A stretch of 64,000 bases of DNA from Tetramitus jugosus. Lineage: Eukaryota > Protista > Heterolobosea. The notes beneath the pieces are model-generated. The model did not search any database, was not told the DNA's origin, and saw only the letters and a list, made by a program, of their open reading frames with translations. The DNA lies in NCBI GenBank assembly GCA_937625935.1, contig OW569352.1, positions 548,712 through 612,711 on the forward strand, read 5' to 3'. Shown here one piece after another: positions 11,501 to 22,632 of the stretch. Within the stretch, counting starts at the first letter, position 1, and each line of letters begins with the position of its first letter. The translations under genes were made by a program, and so were the position numbers.

Positions 11501-13205
11501 TAAATTTATGGTAATTTACTACACTCCTCCACTATCATGGGGAGCACCAATTCATATCATATTGCCATACTTTGTGATTCCTCATTTGGCTCTCTCAATA
11601 CTTCAAGTTGGTATATCGGTTATCCTGTCAGCTCCACTGTATCCTTTCACTGGATCTGCGAACTACATCATGTCATATCCACGTCCGCTTAAATTCTGGG
11701 AGAGAAACTATAAGACGAGTAGAAAAGATGCATCCAATATGACGATGTCTCAAACACTTGAAAACGATAGTCAGTACAGCGTGAACAATCTGAACTCTAT
11801 ATTCTATGAACATCTAGTTGTTGCACTCCAAAAGTCAATACCAACAGCGATCAGGAGAGGCAATTTTGGCAATTTGACCGCAGGCGACATTTTGATTATC
11901 ATGAACGATGCCTTGACGGCAATGGTTCATTTCACTGAAGTAGGCAATGGTGTTTGCTCTTTCCAATTGCGCGGCCTCGAATTCAAGGGAACGTTGTGTC
12001 AGGAACGTGAGCAAGACGCTCTCTTGAAAACAATTAGCAGAGAAGAACCTGGAGCTGCTCGTGACTTTATTGAACCACTCACGAGTGGATCAACATTACT
12101 ACAGAAGATTGATGATCGAATCCAATTTCTGAAGCCATCGATGATGGTTCAGTCCAGGTGGCACACGTGGCAAGTTCTACGGACTGATTTTACCTTGGAC
12201 ACCTACAATGTGATGGAAAACAATGCTGAGAGTGTGATGATTGGAAATGATCAGAGAAAGAAGGTCATCACTTTGTTCATGCGTGCGCTACTCTACTATC
12301 TTGTGCAAAGGGATGAGATAGACTATTGGATATCTCATGATTCTCCATATGCACAAATGCTGGACTCGAACGATAGCACATTTACAGATCATAGCGTATT
12401 CTTCTCGGATAGGTATGACGAGGACTATGACGATAGAACAAACTCTATTAATTATGACTCGTTCCAAGCTTGTTATGGACAATATATCGATTACTTTGTC
12501 GAAAAGAGGAAGAGTGACAAGAATATCACGTACTCTGATGAACAAGTCACTAGATTGAAGAAGTTGTCATTCATGTGCTCTTTAGCTGCCAGAAGAGCGC
12601 TTGAACTTCCGAATGGAGAACACTCTGCTGCCACACCGCACTCATTCCTACAACGACTCCATCAACTGTTCAAGGCAGACTTCCGAATTACAGCACAAAA
12701 AGATGAATGGCTATTCGGAGACACAGAAATTATCAATCGTGTGTTTGTTCCTGCAGTTCAATCCGGTCTCAAGCTCTACAATGATCAGTTTATCTTGATT
12801 GAAGTTGATACACCTGAGGAGGTGTATGAACTGTTGCACGATGACTACAAGGATACGTTTATTGGATATGAAGGCGACCCTGAATGGAGAACAAGACTCT
12901 TGCAAGAGACTCCGCAGTTGTTCTCTCTCAGAAAGAAGGTTGAAGACAACAAGGATGAACAATTCTTTATTCTGCAATTGGTGAAGAACAAGATTGACTT
13001 TAACACCATTAAATTGAACAAGGAATGTGTCAAGGGTTTATGGGCTGGACAAGTTCAAGAATTGGTCTTCCTGGGCAATGAAACAGCTGAAAGAGGAAGT
13101 ATCCAACAGATGAAATTTGTTCTCAGAAACATTATCAACTCTATTGCTGATGTTCCTGTCGGTTACCCAGTGTTCATCTCTCCACTCACAACCTCATATT
13201 GGTAA
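8568..13205 (+). CDS. PCNX: Pecanex-like multipass membrane protein (intron 8721-8834)
   Basis: N-terminal SSITGGIYYD..HFYLWLFLF; LLKSPQPDA, SYPRPLKFWER, FQLRGLEFKGTLCQ and C-terminal GLWAGQ..ERGSIQ..PVGYP motifs. The GTATGT..ACTAAC..TAG intron restores the frame. Confidence 0.93.
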
Positions 13206-13439
13206 ATTTGTCACTGTCATGTTTGAAACTGCTTTTGTGCTTTCCATTCATTCACTCTGAGCAACAAGATTACAATAAGAATTTAATCTTACAATGCAAC
13301 CAATACAATCAATACAAACACAAAACTTACAATTAAACAAAATAAGAACCAATTATATATAGTAATCGGTACAAACAACAAGTGACAAAATCTTTACTGT
13401 GATGATGTGATCACGAGCGAATCAATAAAGAGCTCGTGT

Positions 13440-14227
13440 TCAAATATCTGGGTTCGTATAATCGTACTCCAAATGATCCACATGTTGCTCAAAATCAACC
13501 AACTTGTGAAATGCTCCTCGATCCATCAAATTTCTCACATGTTCAAAAATGACTGCATCCAGCACTTCATGATCAGTCTTACTGCCCTGAACCCATGTCA
13601 TTGACACTGCCTTGTTCGATGATGATGATGATGATGAATGATCCACCAATTGCCATTGATTACCCACTGGTGCAAATTGTTTCATTGCAAAATGGGAGCT
13701 CAACTGATTCGGTTCCAACCTCAAGTTATCAATCTGTGCTTATACACCCACGAGAGATGATGAAAAAAATGACCGAAAATGACGAAAAGAATCAATCTTG
13801 TTAGCAAATGTCTGTGTCGCCTACCACACGTCGACGAACAAAAAAAGTGCAGAGAGAAACTTACCATGAACACAACGGCATCAGATGATGACACTGATTG
13901 ATGAATCTTTGTAGCAATCGCTTGATGAAAAGCACTCATTGTTTCATCTTCAAGGTGTTCATTTGCAAAATAGTAGCCAAGTATTTGATGTTTCTGTTGC
14001 TTTGATTTTAAAAAGCTTTCAATTTGAAGCATGGCTGCTTCCAACAGTGGAGTCAATGTGATTTGACTGTGGAACAATGGGAATGCATCTGTAATGTAAG
14101 TAGTGTGAGTGTCTGTGTTAAAGTATCCTGTGAATACTCCGTTGACTGCGAATTGAGGGTATTTGGCAGCGTGGAAGATGGCTTTGTGATACGCTCTGCT
14201 GTTGAATTGTATTTTTGTTGATGTCAT
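13440..14227 (-). CDS. EMC8: ER membrane complex subunit 8/9 (UPF0172) (intron 13734-13864)
   Basis: AYHKAIFHAAKYP..AVNG, DAFPLFH and C-terminal LVDFEQHVD..YTNP. A GTAAGT..CAG intron joins the two ORFs in frame. Confidence 0.9.
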
Positions 14228-14794
14228 TTTTTGTTCGTTCTTCTCTCGCTCACGGGACTGAACAGAGGAGAAAACGGAGAAATATCTCTGAGGAAGAAGA
14301 AAGGCGAGGATTGGTTTTGCTGAAGCCTTTCAGCAGATCGTTGAACTCTTCAACTCATAGGAATGATGTCATACCAACACACAGTCGTGCCAAAAAACGA
14401 ACTAAAAATTTCCCTCCAATATTCCATGATAGTTCATCAAGTCGGAGTAAAACGAAATCGCCGACATTATTTTTTGCACGCAAATATTTTCAAACGTCTT
14501 TACAAAACATCACGTTTTGTAAGCAAAGTATCATTACAATTTCACTCTATAGGTTCTCAGGAAGACAGTATTTCCCTTACGCTTAAGCTTTATTTCCAAT
14601 CAGTAAGTAAGTATGCTTCTCATCCATCTTCACGTTGGTGGTGCTCAAAAGATATTTCACTTCTTGCATCACCAACCGCTTTTTTTTGAATCAATACCTT
14701 TCATGTATGTGCAAAATGTAACAACAAAATGCTTACAACAACAACTTTTACAATGAAAATGATCATGAATGCACAGAGCACATAAGAACCAACC

Positions 14795-17700
14795 ATGAAT
14801 GACGAAGAACATTCTGCCAATGATTCATTAACTGCCAATGACTTGTCTGATTCCCTTCTGTTATCAGAGGAACCACACCATCATCACGAGGCTCAGGACG
14901 ATCAAGAAGTGCACGATCCGCACCAACACCATCACCACCATCATGCACACCATGGACATGAGGCACACCACCATCATGCGCACCACCACATTGTACAACA
15001 ACAACATTCAGGTGTGGTTGATCATGACGACGGTGGTGTCGTCGACCAACAAGAGCAAGAGGAAGGTGGCGGCGTAGAGGAAGTGGATGAGTCACAACAC
15101 GATCCAACCAAGATGATGAACACGATGGGTTACTTGTCTCCTCAGTTCTATCCTACACAGCACATGACTCTTAGGCACCCACAAGTCGCACCCTATCACA
15201 TGATGTTTGTTCCTCATCAGGCAGCATCAGGTGGTCCACAAGGTGCCCGTGCTGCTCCTGGCATGTACATGCCTGCAGGTGTGCAATTTGCCGGTAGACC
15301 AATGATGCCTAAATCGCACATCCAATACCCTTATCCCATGTCTCATCACAACATTATCATGGCCAACACGTTTGGATCACCGTATGCCATTCCAAGTCAA
15401 ATGCCATTCCAGGCACCAACGCCAGAGCATCATGCCTCGGGCTCCGTTTCTCCCACCGACAGCTCATCCAAGACACCAAAGAAGCGAAACCGAACAAAGG
15501 CAACAACCATCAACTCTGGTTCCAGCAGCTCTGGCAAAGTGAAGAAAAAGAATAGACAGCGTGCTGTGAGGCACAATTGGACACAGGAGCAGGATGATAT
15601 GCTCATCAAGGCCATTAATTCTAAGCAGTACAGTGAAAATGGTGAGAAGATTAGGTGGACAAAGATTTCTCAAGAGGTCTTTCAGAACAAGCTCACACCA
15701 CAGAGTGTATATCAAAGGTATATGCGTGTGTTGAATCCAAAATTGAACACAAAGGAGTGGACTACGGGTGATGATGAAAAATTAACAATACTATTCAATG
15801 AGATTGGTGATCAGTGGGCGTTGATTGCTAAGAAGATGAATGGAATGAAGGCTGACGTGTGGATCAGGCAGCGTGCTGTGAGACTCGGTCTGATATCTGA
15901 CGGTAGCTCCAGTAAGCAAGCCGGTTCTTCCCCATCCGACAAAAAGTCCAGAAAACGAAAGTCACCGACAGGTAGAGGCAAGCGACCTGAGAAGAATGTT
16001 TTCAATGCAGTGGCAGACATTCAGAAACGGATTGCATCTGATGAGGAGTTAAGAATGGCTGCTAGTCAATTCATTGTCAATGAATCAATTCCAACAAAGA
16101 AGCCTCGCAAGTCTACTGAGCCTCGGAAGAATGCACATGAGACGTTGGATGAGAAGGGATTCATTCCTACTTCAGATGAGGTTTTGATAGATTTGGGAGC
16201 TCGACCAGCCAATCTCTTTATTCATCGTAGACGATCCAAGTGTCCAAAGATGTATTGCAGTCTTGATGATGTATTTGTGTCCAGACAGACTGATTGTAAG
16301 AAATACTTGACAGTGAAGATTTCACATTCTTCCATTCTCCAGTGCTTCCAGGGCGAAAACGATGAGAGATTGCGTATCGATGTAAGTACTGGTTTGCACT
16401 TTGGTCTCAAGAATAACAATATATGTGTATCGTCATATCGTACACATATTGTTTCTGATTCTCAATCAGAAGAGAGAGAACTCGTCGTTCAATTCCCTGT
16501 CAATCTGATTTCAATGTATACTACACTACAGGACAAGACTCAATCTGCCAAATCTGAACTATCAGAGCGAAAGATCTTCATTTGTGTCAGCTTAAAGAAA
16601 GCACTTGGCGTCATTGAGGACGATGAATGCAAGATGGAAGACGATTCGAAAACAGCGATCGATATCTCCTCTGTTGTCAACAAGTTTGAAAAGTTTGAAT
16701 ATGGTGAGAATTACAATGCCTATCACTTGTTCAATGGTGGAAGCATCGAGGGTCAATTCTTGAGCTCACCTCACTGCCTTGAGCCGATGTCACAACTTCA
16801 TCCTATTGCATTGAACATTTCTTTTTCAGATGTTCTTTTCCAAGAAGAACGAGATGTTCATGGCTTCAGCAACACCGATTTCAAATTTTTGGAGAATGTG
16901 AAGGATATGCGGTATCTCGTACTATTGGTGAACAAGTTGAACCAATATTCTGAGGGTGCACAGTTCATGAATCTTCAATGGGATATGAATTGTCCTTTCT
17001 GCAACGATTTTAGCATACCTGAAGAGTCAGATCACCAACACGATGCTGACTTATTCGAAGGTCTCAAGCAGCACTTGAATCAAGATCATGGAGATCAGTT
17101 CAGGTGCGAGTTCTGGAACAAGTCAGAGCAAGTAGATCATTACTACATTGTAGCTACTCAGTTAATTGGTGCACTACCTTTACCAAATGCTAATTTGAGA
17201 CAGTCGTTTGTCCCAGTAGAGGGTGAAGACACTGAAGAGTCTGATGTTAAACGGAGAAGAATCATTTGCTTGGATAACGAGGTGGCTCAAGCAGAAAATC
17301 TCGCGTACAGCAACTTGAATATCACAAGTACGACCCAATATCTGAATACTGTTCTCATTGTAGATCTGGAACATGTTCGTACGGCTCCTCACATCGTAGA
17401 GAGTTGGAACTCCTACATCCTGAATGCTCTCAAGGATGGCTACCTGAAGTCATATATGGAGCTGTACAGTCTTGTTCATGCCTTCCTTTCCCAATCGAAG
17501 GAAGCTGTTCTGCAGAAGAACAATTATGATGTGATACATGAGCACTTGACCATGCTACAAGAGCACAACATGCTAGATGAAGCACAAACAAATGATTTGC
17601 GGGCTATTATTCAAAAACCTGTCTACCAAGAGTATAGCGAATACGGTACGATGCACAATGTGCAACAAATGTCTCCGCACCACCAACTCATGGCCCACGG

Positions 17701-17995
17701 CCACATGGCACACCACCCAATTCATCTGCAGCACTTTTCTCATCTCCATATGCAACATCCACAACATCTACAGCAGATCCAGATGCAACAGATGCAGCAC
17801 TCATTCCCTGACCATGTTCATGCCAACTATCTTTCTCAGGATGCCTATGCACATCAACAGAGTCAAGTAGGTCAATCACAAGCCGATCAGAGTCAAGCTG
17901 AATATGCTAATCATATGATGCACATCTATTCGAATCAACATGAAGAACATCAACAAGAGGGGGAAGAAGACGAAGAAGGCAACGAGCAAGAATAA
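14795..17995 (+). CDS. Myb-repeat protein with C2H2 finger and SUZ12/VEFS-box-like C-terminal region
   Basis: Two Myb repeats (WTQEQDDML..W..R; WTTGDDEKL..W); CPFC..LKQHLNQDH..FRCEFW finger; WNSYI..AFL..KNN..HL..L.EHNMLD resembles the VEFS box. Confidence 0.75.
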   Translation: MNDEEHSANDSLTANDLSDSLLLSEEPHHHHEAQDDQEVHDPHQHHHHHHAHHGHEAHHHHAHHHIVQQQHSGVVDHDDGGVVDQQEQEEGGGVEEVDESQHDPTKMMNTMGYLSPQFYPTQHMTLRHPQVAPYHMMFVPHQAASGGPQGARAAPGMYMPAGVQFAGRPMMPKSHIQYPYPMSHHNIIMANTFGSPYAIPSQMPFQAPTPEHHASGSVSPTDSSSKTPKKRNRTKATTINSGSSSSGKVKKKNRQRAVRHNWTQEQDDMLIKAINSKQYSENGEKIRWTKISQEVFQNKLTPQSVYQRYMRVLNPKLNTKEWTTGDDEKLTILFNEIGDQWALIAKKMNGMKADVWIRQRAVRLGLISDGSSSKQAGSSPSDKKSRKRKSPTGRGKRPEKNVFNAVADIQKRIASDEELRMAASQFIVNESIPTKKPRKSTEPRKNAHETLDEKGFIPTSDEVLIDLGARPANLFIHRRRSKCPKMYCSLDDVFVSRQTDCKKYLTVKISHSSILQCFQGENDERLRIDVSTGLHFGLKNNNICVSSYRTHIVSDSQSEERELVVQFPVNLISMYTTLQDKTQSAKSELSERKIFICVSLKKALGVIEDDECKMEDDSKTAIDISSVVNKFEKFEYGENYNAYHLFNGGSIEGQFLSSPHCLEPMSQLHPIALNISFSDVLFQEERDVHGFSNTDFKFLENVKDMRYLVLLVNKLNQYSEGAQFMNLQWDMNCPFCNDFSIPEESDHQHDADLFEGLKQHLNQDHGDQFRCEFWNKSEQVDHYYIVATQLIGALPLPNANLRQSFVPVEGEDTEESDVKRRRIICLDNEVAQAENLAYSNLNITSTTQYLNTVLIVDLEHVRTAPHIVESWNSYILNALKDGYLKSYMELYSLVHAFLSQSKEAVLQKNNYDVIHEHLTMLQEHNMLDEAQTNDLRAIIQKPVYQEYSEYGTMHNVQQMSPHHQLMAHGHMAHHPIHLQHFSHLHMQHPQHLQQIQMQQMQHSFPDHVHANYLSQDAYAHQQSQVGQSQADQSQAEYANHMMHIYSNQHEEHQQEGEEDEEGNEQE

Positions 17996-18196
17996 GAGAA
18001 TAAAAACACCATTGTAGTTACTCACCCCTGCCCGTTCGCTCGCGAATCCCCGTTTGGCGCTCTGTGAATTTTGAGCTCTTTGCGGGAAAAAAACGAACGT
18101 TCAAGCAAAAAAAAACAACGACCCGACACAAAAACAAACGACACAGGCAACAATAAGAAACGCAGCCAGTCTACTTTTAAGCTTTCAATAGAGAAA

Positions 18197-20626
18197 ATGT
18201 CTTCATTCGCCCGACAAATCTTGGTCAACAACGACAAGAACAATAACAACAACAATGGTAAACCACAAATAACATTTACACCCAAAAACAATTCTTCAAG
18301 AAATCGGTCAACAACAAGCGCAACAACAGGAAACACGAGTAGTAATGAGACGACTAGTCCTACGGATAGTAATAGTAATAATAGCAGCAGTAGTAGTAGT
18401 AGTGGTGATCAAGTTTCACAAGAGTTGATTGAAGCAACCATTTCGCATCTTCCACAATTGGACTCTCAACCATCATCATCAGCATTTAATCTCATTGATG
18501 ATTCATTTCTACTCACATCATCATCATCATCAACAGACCCATCTACATCCACCACTACCACTACCACAACAACTACTACTGCATCCGATAGTAATGATGA
18601 TGATGATATGAATTTTGAAGATTTAATGAATGATAGCAACACCAACAACAATAGTAACAAGAGAAAGAGAACGAGTGAAAATGATGATGCTGATGATAAT
18701 GATAATGATACTGGTGATGGTCAAACAACACAATCCGAAGATCAAGTGCTGTTAGCCGAAGGAAGAGTCATGTTGTTGGGCAGTATGAATTCATTGTTGA
18801 GTGCAGCAACTGAGGGTGCAATTCACGGTGAACAATTATCATCGCTGTTTACACCTCAAACGCAACAACAAGTCGAGACGATTCACACAAGACGATTAAA
18901 ACGATCAAGAAGAAGTCAACATCCGGAACAACAACAACAAGAAGAAGAAGAACACCAAGATTATGTTGACACTGTGAATTCAAATGAACAATCAGGAGTA
19001 CGCAGAAAATCAAAGAGACAAGCAGCCATTAATGCACTATTGAATCGATCGAGTAGTCGTCAGGATGACGATGATGAAGCGGATGAACTGAACCGTGGCG
19101 ATGACGATGAAGATGATGAATTTATGCTTGATGCAGAATTGGATCAATACATTAAGAAACCATCGAAAAAAAAGAGCAAAACAAGCAAGAAAAAATCAGG
19201 AGCCAACAAGAGAACACAGGAAGAAGACAATGAGGAAGAAGGGAATGAGCAGGAGGAGGAGGAAGAAGGGCAACAACAAACAGCTCGAACCAGAAAACCC
19301 AGAAGAGAAGTTCCAGTCGTCAAAGTCACACTCTCGGACTTTATGCACGATACGAAATCTGGTAGAGCCACTCGATCTGCTCGCAAAAAAGAGAAACATA
19401 TGGATCGACTCAAGAAACAGAAGAAGAGAGAGCAAATGAAACAGAGAGGAATCCCTGTGGAGGCATCGTCAGAGTCCGATGGTGCCGATTCTGGTCTCGA
19501 AGATGATTCACAGAGATACACGTATGACATTTATGGATCATCGTCATCAGGGCTTCATGGAGCACACGGGGATGCGATGGGTGATGAAGGAGAATATTAT
19601 CCATATGGATCGGGCAATGGTGGCATGTATGATGAATATGGAACAGAGTCGATTGTGAATGGAGGTGGTGGCGGTGGTGATGGAGAGTATTTGGATGAAC
19701 AGACATATGACAACTTTGATATGCCAAGCGCGTCCACTGGTGCAGATCATCGCGTTTCTGGTATGGACGATGCAGATGAGAAGGATCAGGAACTAACGGA
19801 CATGTATCTGGAAGAGGACGAAGAGGACAACAATGCAGCTGGTGGAGAGTATGATGAGGATGCAGGTGTTGATGCGACTCCACAGTTGCAGATTGATGAG
19901 AATGGTCAAGTCATTCTGAATCAGATGAGTGTGACAGTGACGAGATCTGGTCCCAAGGGTGTCAACTATGATGAGTATGAGCGTGTGACGGAGACGTTTG
20001 GAAGCCGGCATATTACTCAGGCTACATTCTCGCGCTATCGAGATCAAAAAACAAAAAAGTGGACAGATGATGACACGAGGAGACTGTTTGATGCTGTGCA
20101 GCAGTTTGGTACTGATTTTAGTATGATTGTGCGCCTATTTCCTACGAGGAGCCGGCGAGAGGTGCGAAACAAGTTTAAAAAGGAAGAGAGAGCCAAAAAC
20201 CCAAGTCTGACGCATGCACTCAAGAACAAAAAACCGATCAATATTGAAATGTTTAAAAAGTTGAGCGCCGAGAGAGATAAGGTGCAAGGTGTCGTGCGGA
20301 AAACAAGGGCTCAGATACTGGCAGAACAGCAAGAGCAGGCTGAAGCAGCTCAGGCTGTCGAGAATGCCAACCGAGTGGTGATTGAGCATCATGATGCCAC
20401 AGCAAATGATGCTGATGAGTGGGAGGCTGGAGGACTGGAGACTGGTACGACTGGTGGAATCGATGATTATGAATCCGTTGGTCTAGCGACTGGTTTTGAC
20501 GAGTACTATGCTGATGATGCGTATGAAGAGGGAGGATATGCAGAAGATGACATGGCAAGTGCATCGGCAGCCAACAGAGTTGTTTATGAAAACAATGATG
20601 ATCTCACTGCTCCTAGCAACTGGTAG
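18197..20626 (+). CDS. BDP1: TFIIIB B'' component (Bdp1) with SANT/Myb domain
   Basis: PQLQIDENGQVILNQMS followed by KWTDDDTRRLFDAVQQFGTDFSMIVRLFPTRSRREVRNKFKKEER. First ATG is at 18197. Confidence 0.9.
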   Translation: MSSFARQILVNNDKNNNNNNGKPQITFTPKNNSSRNRSTTSATTGNTSSNETTSPTDSNSNNSSSSSSSGDQVSQELIEATISHLPQLDSQPSSSAFNLIDDSFLLTSSSSSTDPSTSTTTTTTTTTTASDSNDDDDMNFEDLMNDSNTNNNSNKRKRTSENDDADDNDNDTGDGQTTQSEDQVLLAEGRVMLLGSMNSLLSAATEGAIHGEQLSSLFTPQTQQQVETIHTRRLKRSRRSQHPEQQQQEEEEHQDYVDTVNSNEQSGVRRKSKRQAAINALLNRSSSRQDDDDEADELNRGDDDEDDEFMLDAELDQYIKKPSKKKSKTSKKKSGANKRTQEEDNEEEGNEQEEEEEGQQQTARTRKPRREVPVVKVTLSDFMHDTKSGRATRSARKKEKHMDRLKKQKKREQMKQRGIPVEASSESDGADSGLEDDSQRYTYDIYGSSSSGLHGAHGDAMGDEGEYYPYGSGNGGMYDEYGTESIVNGGGGGGDGEYLDEQTYDNFDMPSASTGADHRVSGMDDADEKDQELTDMYLEEDEEDNNAAGGEYDEDAGVDATPQLQIDENGQVILNQMSVTVTRSGPKGVNYDEYERVTETFGSRHITQATFSRYRDQKTKKWTDDDTRRLFDAVQQFGTDFSMIVRLFPTRSRREVRNKFKKEERAKNPSLTHALKNKKPINIEMFKKLSAERDKVQGVVRKTRAQILAEQQEQAEAAQAVENANRVVIEHHDATANDADEWEAGGLETGTTGGIDDYESVGLATGFDEYYADDAYEEGGYAEDDMASASAANRVVYENNDDLTAPSNW

Positions 20627-20647
20627 TAAAACTATCTGGCCAATTAT

Positions 20648-22171
20648 TTATTCTTCTTCAGCAGCCTTCTTTGATGCACGTTTTTTCAACTGATTCAGCT
20701 CTCGTTTCATACCTAGCATCTCGCGATTCATATTCACGAGCACACGCATCACCTCTTTGTGCCGTCGATCATTGGCCGAGTCCAACATGCTTAGTCTGAA
20801 TGCTTCATCATCCGACTCCGATTCCTCATCATCGTCTTCATCACCATTCGAAACAGTGACAGCATTCACAAACTTCTTCAACGCACGAGATGTTGTCTTT
20901 GGATCAGCCTCGTGCCTCTGCCTCTTTGCCACATACTTGCTCATGGAACATAGACCACATGCCATATCCGCCAAAATACTATAGTTGGTCTTCTTTCGAC
21001 TAGGATCACTATTCGTCTGCAACAAACTCTCAAATATCACACCAGTGAAAACATTGAGCAAAATGAACAATGAAAAACATTCAATCGATCCAAAATAGAG
21101 CCAAATAAACGCACAACTAAACGATGACTGCTCACACATGGGCACTACGATATCAGAGCTCCAACCATCGGATGAAATGACTTGCAACATGGCAAAGAAT
21201 GAATTCTCAACATTGTTGAACCGATCTCGACAAATTTCACAATTGGCAGACGAACTACCAGAATGGAACAAATTGGGATTGAACAGGAAAAAGCTCAATA
21301 AACTAGCTCCGTACAGCAAACATGCACAAAACATTAAAACAATCAACACTGTTTCAAACGCATTCTTCATCTGACGAATGAGACTGTGCAACGCAGGTGT
21401 TGCAAGCAAAAAGATGGCAATTCTCATGGTAATAATCGATCCCAACAGAGTCGAAGTCACCATTTGATCCCTCTTTGCAATCACAACGATACTAGATGCG
21501 AGTCGTATGTACGCATACAAATCCAGTGCAAAGCTAACCCAAACAATGAAAAATTCTGCCAAGTTCCGTATCCGTACACCCTTGTTTTGGCGCCAAAAAA
21601 AATGCGCGCCATTAAAAATCATGCGCGAACTCACTTCGACACAAAACCAAGTGCTCATCAACATGTAAACAGAAGACAGAGAGAATGCCAAGTAGTGAAC
21701 AACATGAGATTTCGAAGTCGTGTTCCGTTCAAACAACGTTTTTGATATCATTGATAAACCAATGGCCAACAGTGTGAGAACAATGCTCATGAGATGAAAC
21801 ACTTGAGAGTTGATGATTCTTCGAATTCGTTTCGTGAGTTTATAAGAACAAAGTGATCCTAACAGTGATGATGATGATGATGATGGTGTTTTGGTTGTTG
21901 TGGTGATTGTGGTAGTGCGAGGAGAGTTGTATTGATCATCATCCATTTCATCATTATTGTTGTTATCAGTGTTGTTAATGTGTTGGTAGAGTCTATTGGT
22001 GGTGGTGGTGGTAGTGGTGGTTGAGTGAGATTTGATAGTGTTGTTGTTGTTGTGATTGGATAAGAGAGGGAGTGTGGAGTCGCTAGTGAGTGGAGAAGTG
22101 GTGGTGGTGGTGTCATCATCATTATTCAGATGTGAGCGACCTTTTGTCGGCGTTCGACTGTTGTGTTTCAT
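20648..22171 (-). CDS. Single-domain 6-TM ion-transport channel (CatSper/EukCat-like Ca2+/Na+ channel)
   Basis: Six TM segments; pore loop FNNVENSFFAMLQVISSDGWSSDIVVPM; S6 FILLNVFTGVIFE; C-terminal coiled coil. Confidence 0.85.
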   Translation of the reverse strand: MKHNSRTPTKGRSHLNNDDDTTTTTSPLTSDSTLPLLSNHNNNNTIKSHSTTTTTTTTNRLYQHINNTDNNNNDEMDDDQYNSPRTTTITTTTKTPSSSSSSLLGSLCSYKLTKRIRRIINSQVFHLMSIVLTLLAIGLSMISKTLFERNTTSKSHVVHYLAFSLSSVYMLMSTWFCVEVSSRMIFNGAHFFWRQNKGVRIRNLAEFFIVWVSFALDLYAYIRLASSIVVIAKRDQMVTSTLLGSIITMRIAIFLLATPALHSLIRQMKNAFETVLIVLMFCACLLYGASLLSFFLFNPNLFHSGSSSANCEICRDRFNNVENSFFAMLQVISSDGWSSDIVVPMCEQSSFSCAFIWLYFGSIECFSLFILLNVFTGVIFESLLQTNSDPSRKKTNYSILADMACGLCSMSKYVAKRQRHEADPKTTSRALKKFVNAVTVSNGDEDDDEESESDDEAFRLSMLDSANDRRHKEVMRVLVNMNREMLGMKRELNQLKKRASKKAAEEE

Positions 22172-22632
22172 TTTTTATGGGTTTTCTGGGGTGATGTCTT
22201 CCGTGATTTTTGGTTTTATTGATTTTCAGTTTTTGTGCGCTCGGGCAATCACTTTTCATGATCTTGGAATGCGCGGTTTTCTTCTCAGTGGTTAAATGTC
22301 GTCATTGGTGTCATCTGCTTGCCCTCGAACAACAATTAAGACAGAATTTTTAAGTCAAGCTGTTTGTCCCTTTCTTCCTTGCCTTCTGGTGCTGAAGAAT
22401 CCAAGAGTCTCGAGATTTCCTCAGACCTTAAAGAAGCATAGCAACAGTTTGTCAACCCTTTGAGGAATCGTTTTTCGTTTCTTCTTGGTTGACCGTCAAG
22501 TAACTGACCAAAAACATATATAGGTTTCATGCATTTACCCATAGATCAGGGAATGTTCAAGAGTTCTCAACCCAACATCGAGGTTCCCTCCTTAAGATTG
22601 TTTTATTCAACCCATATTCCGATATATGTATA

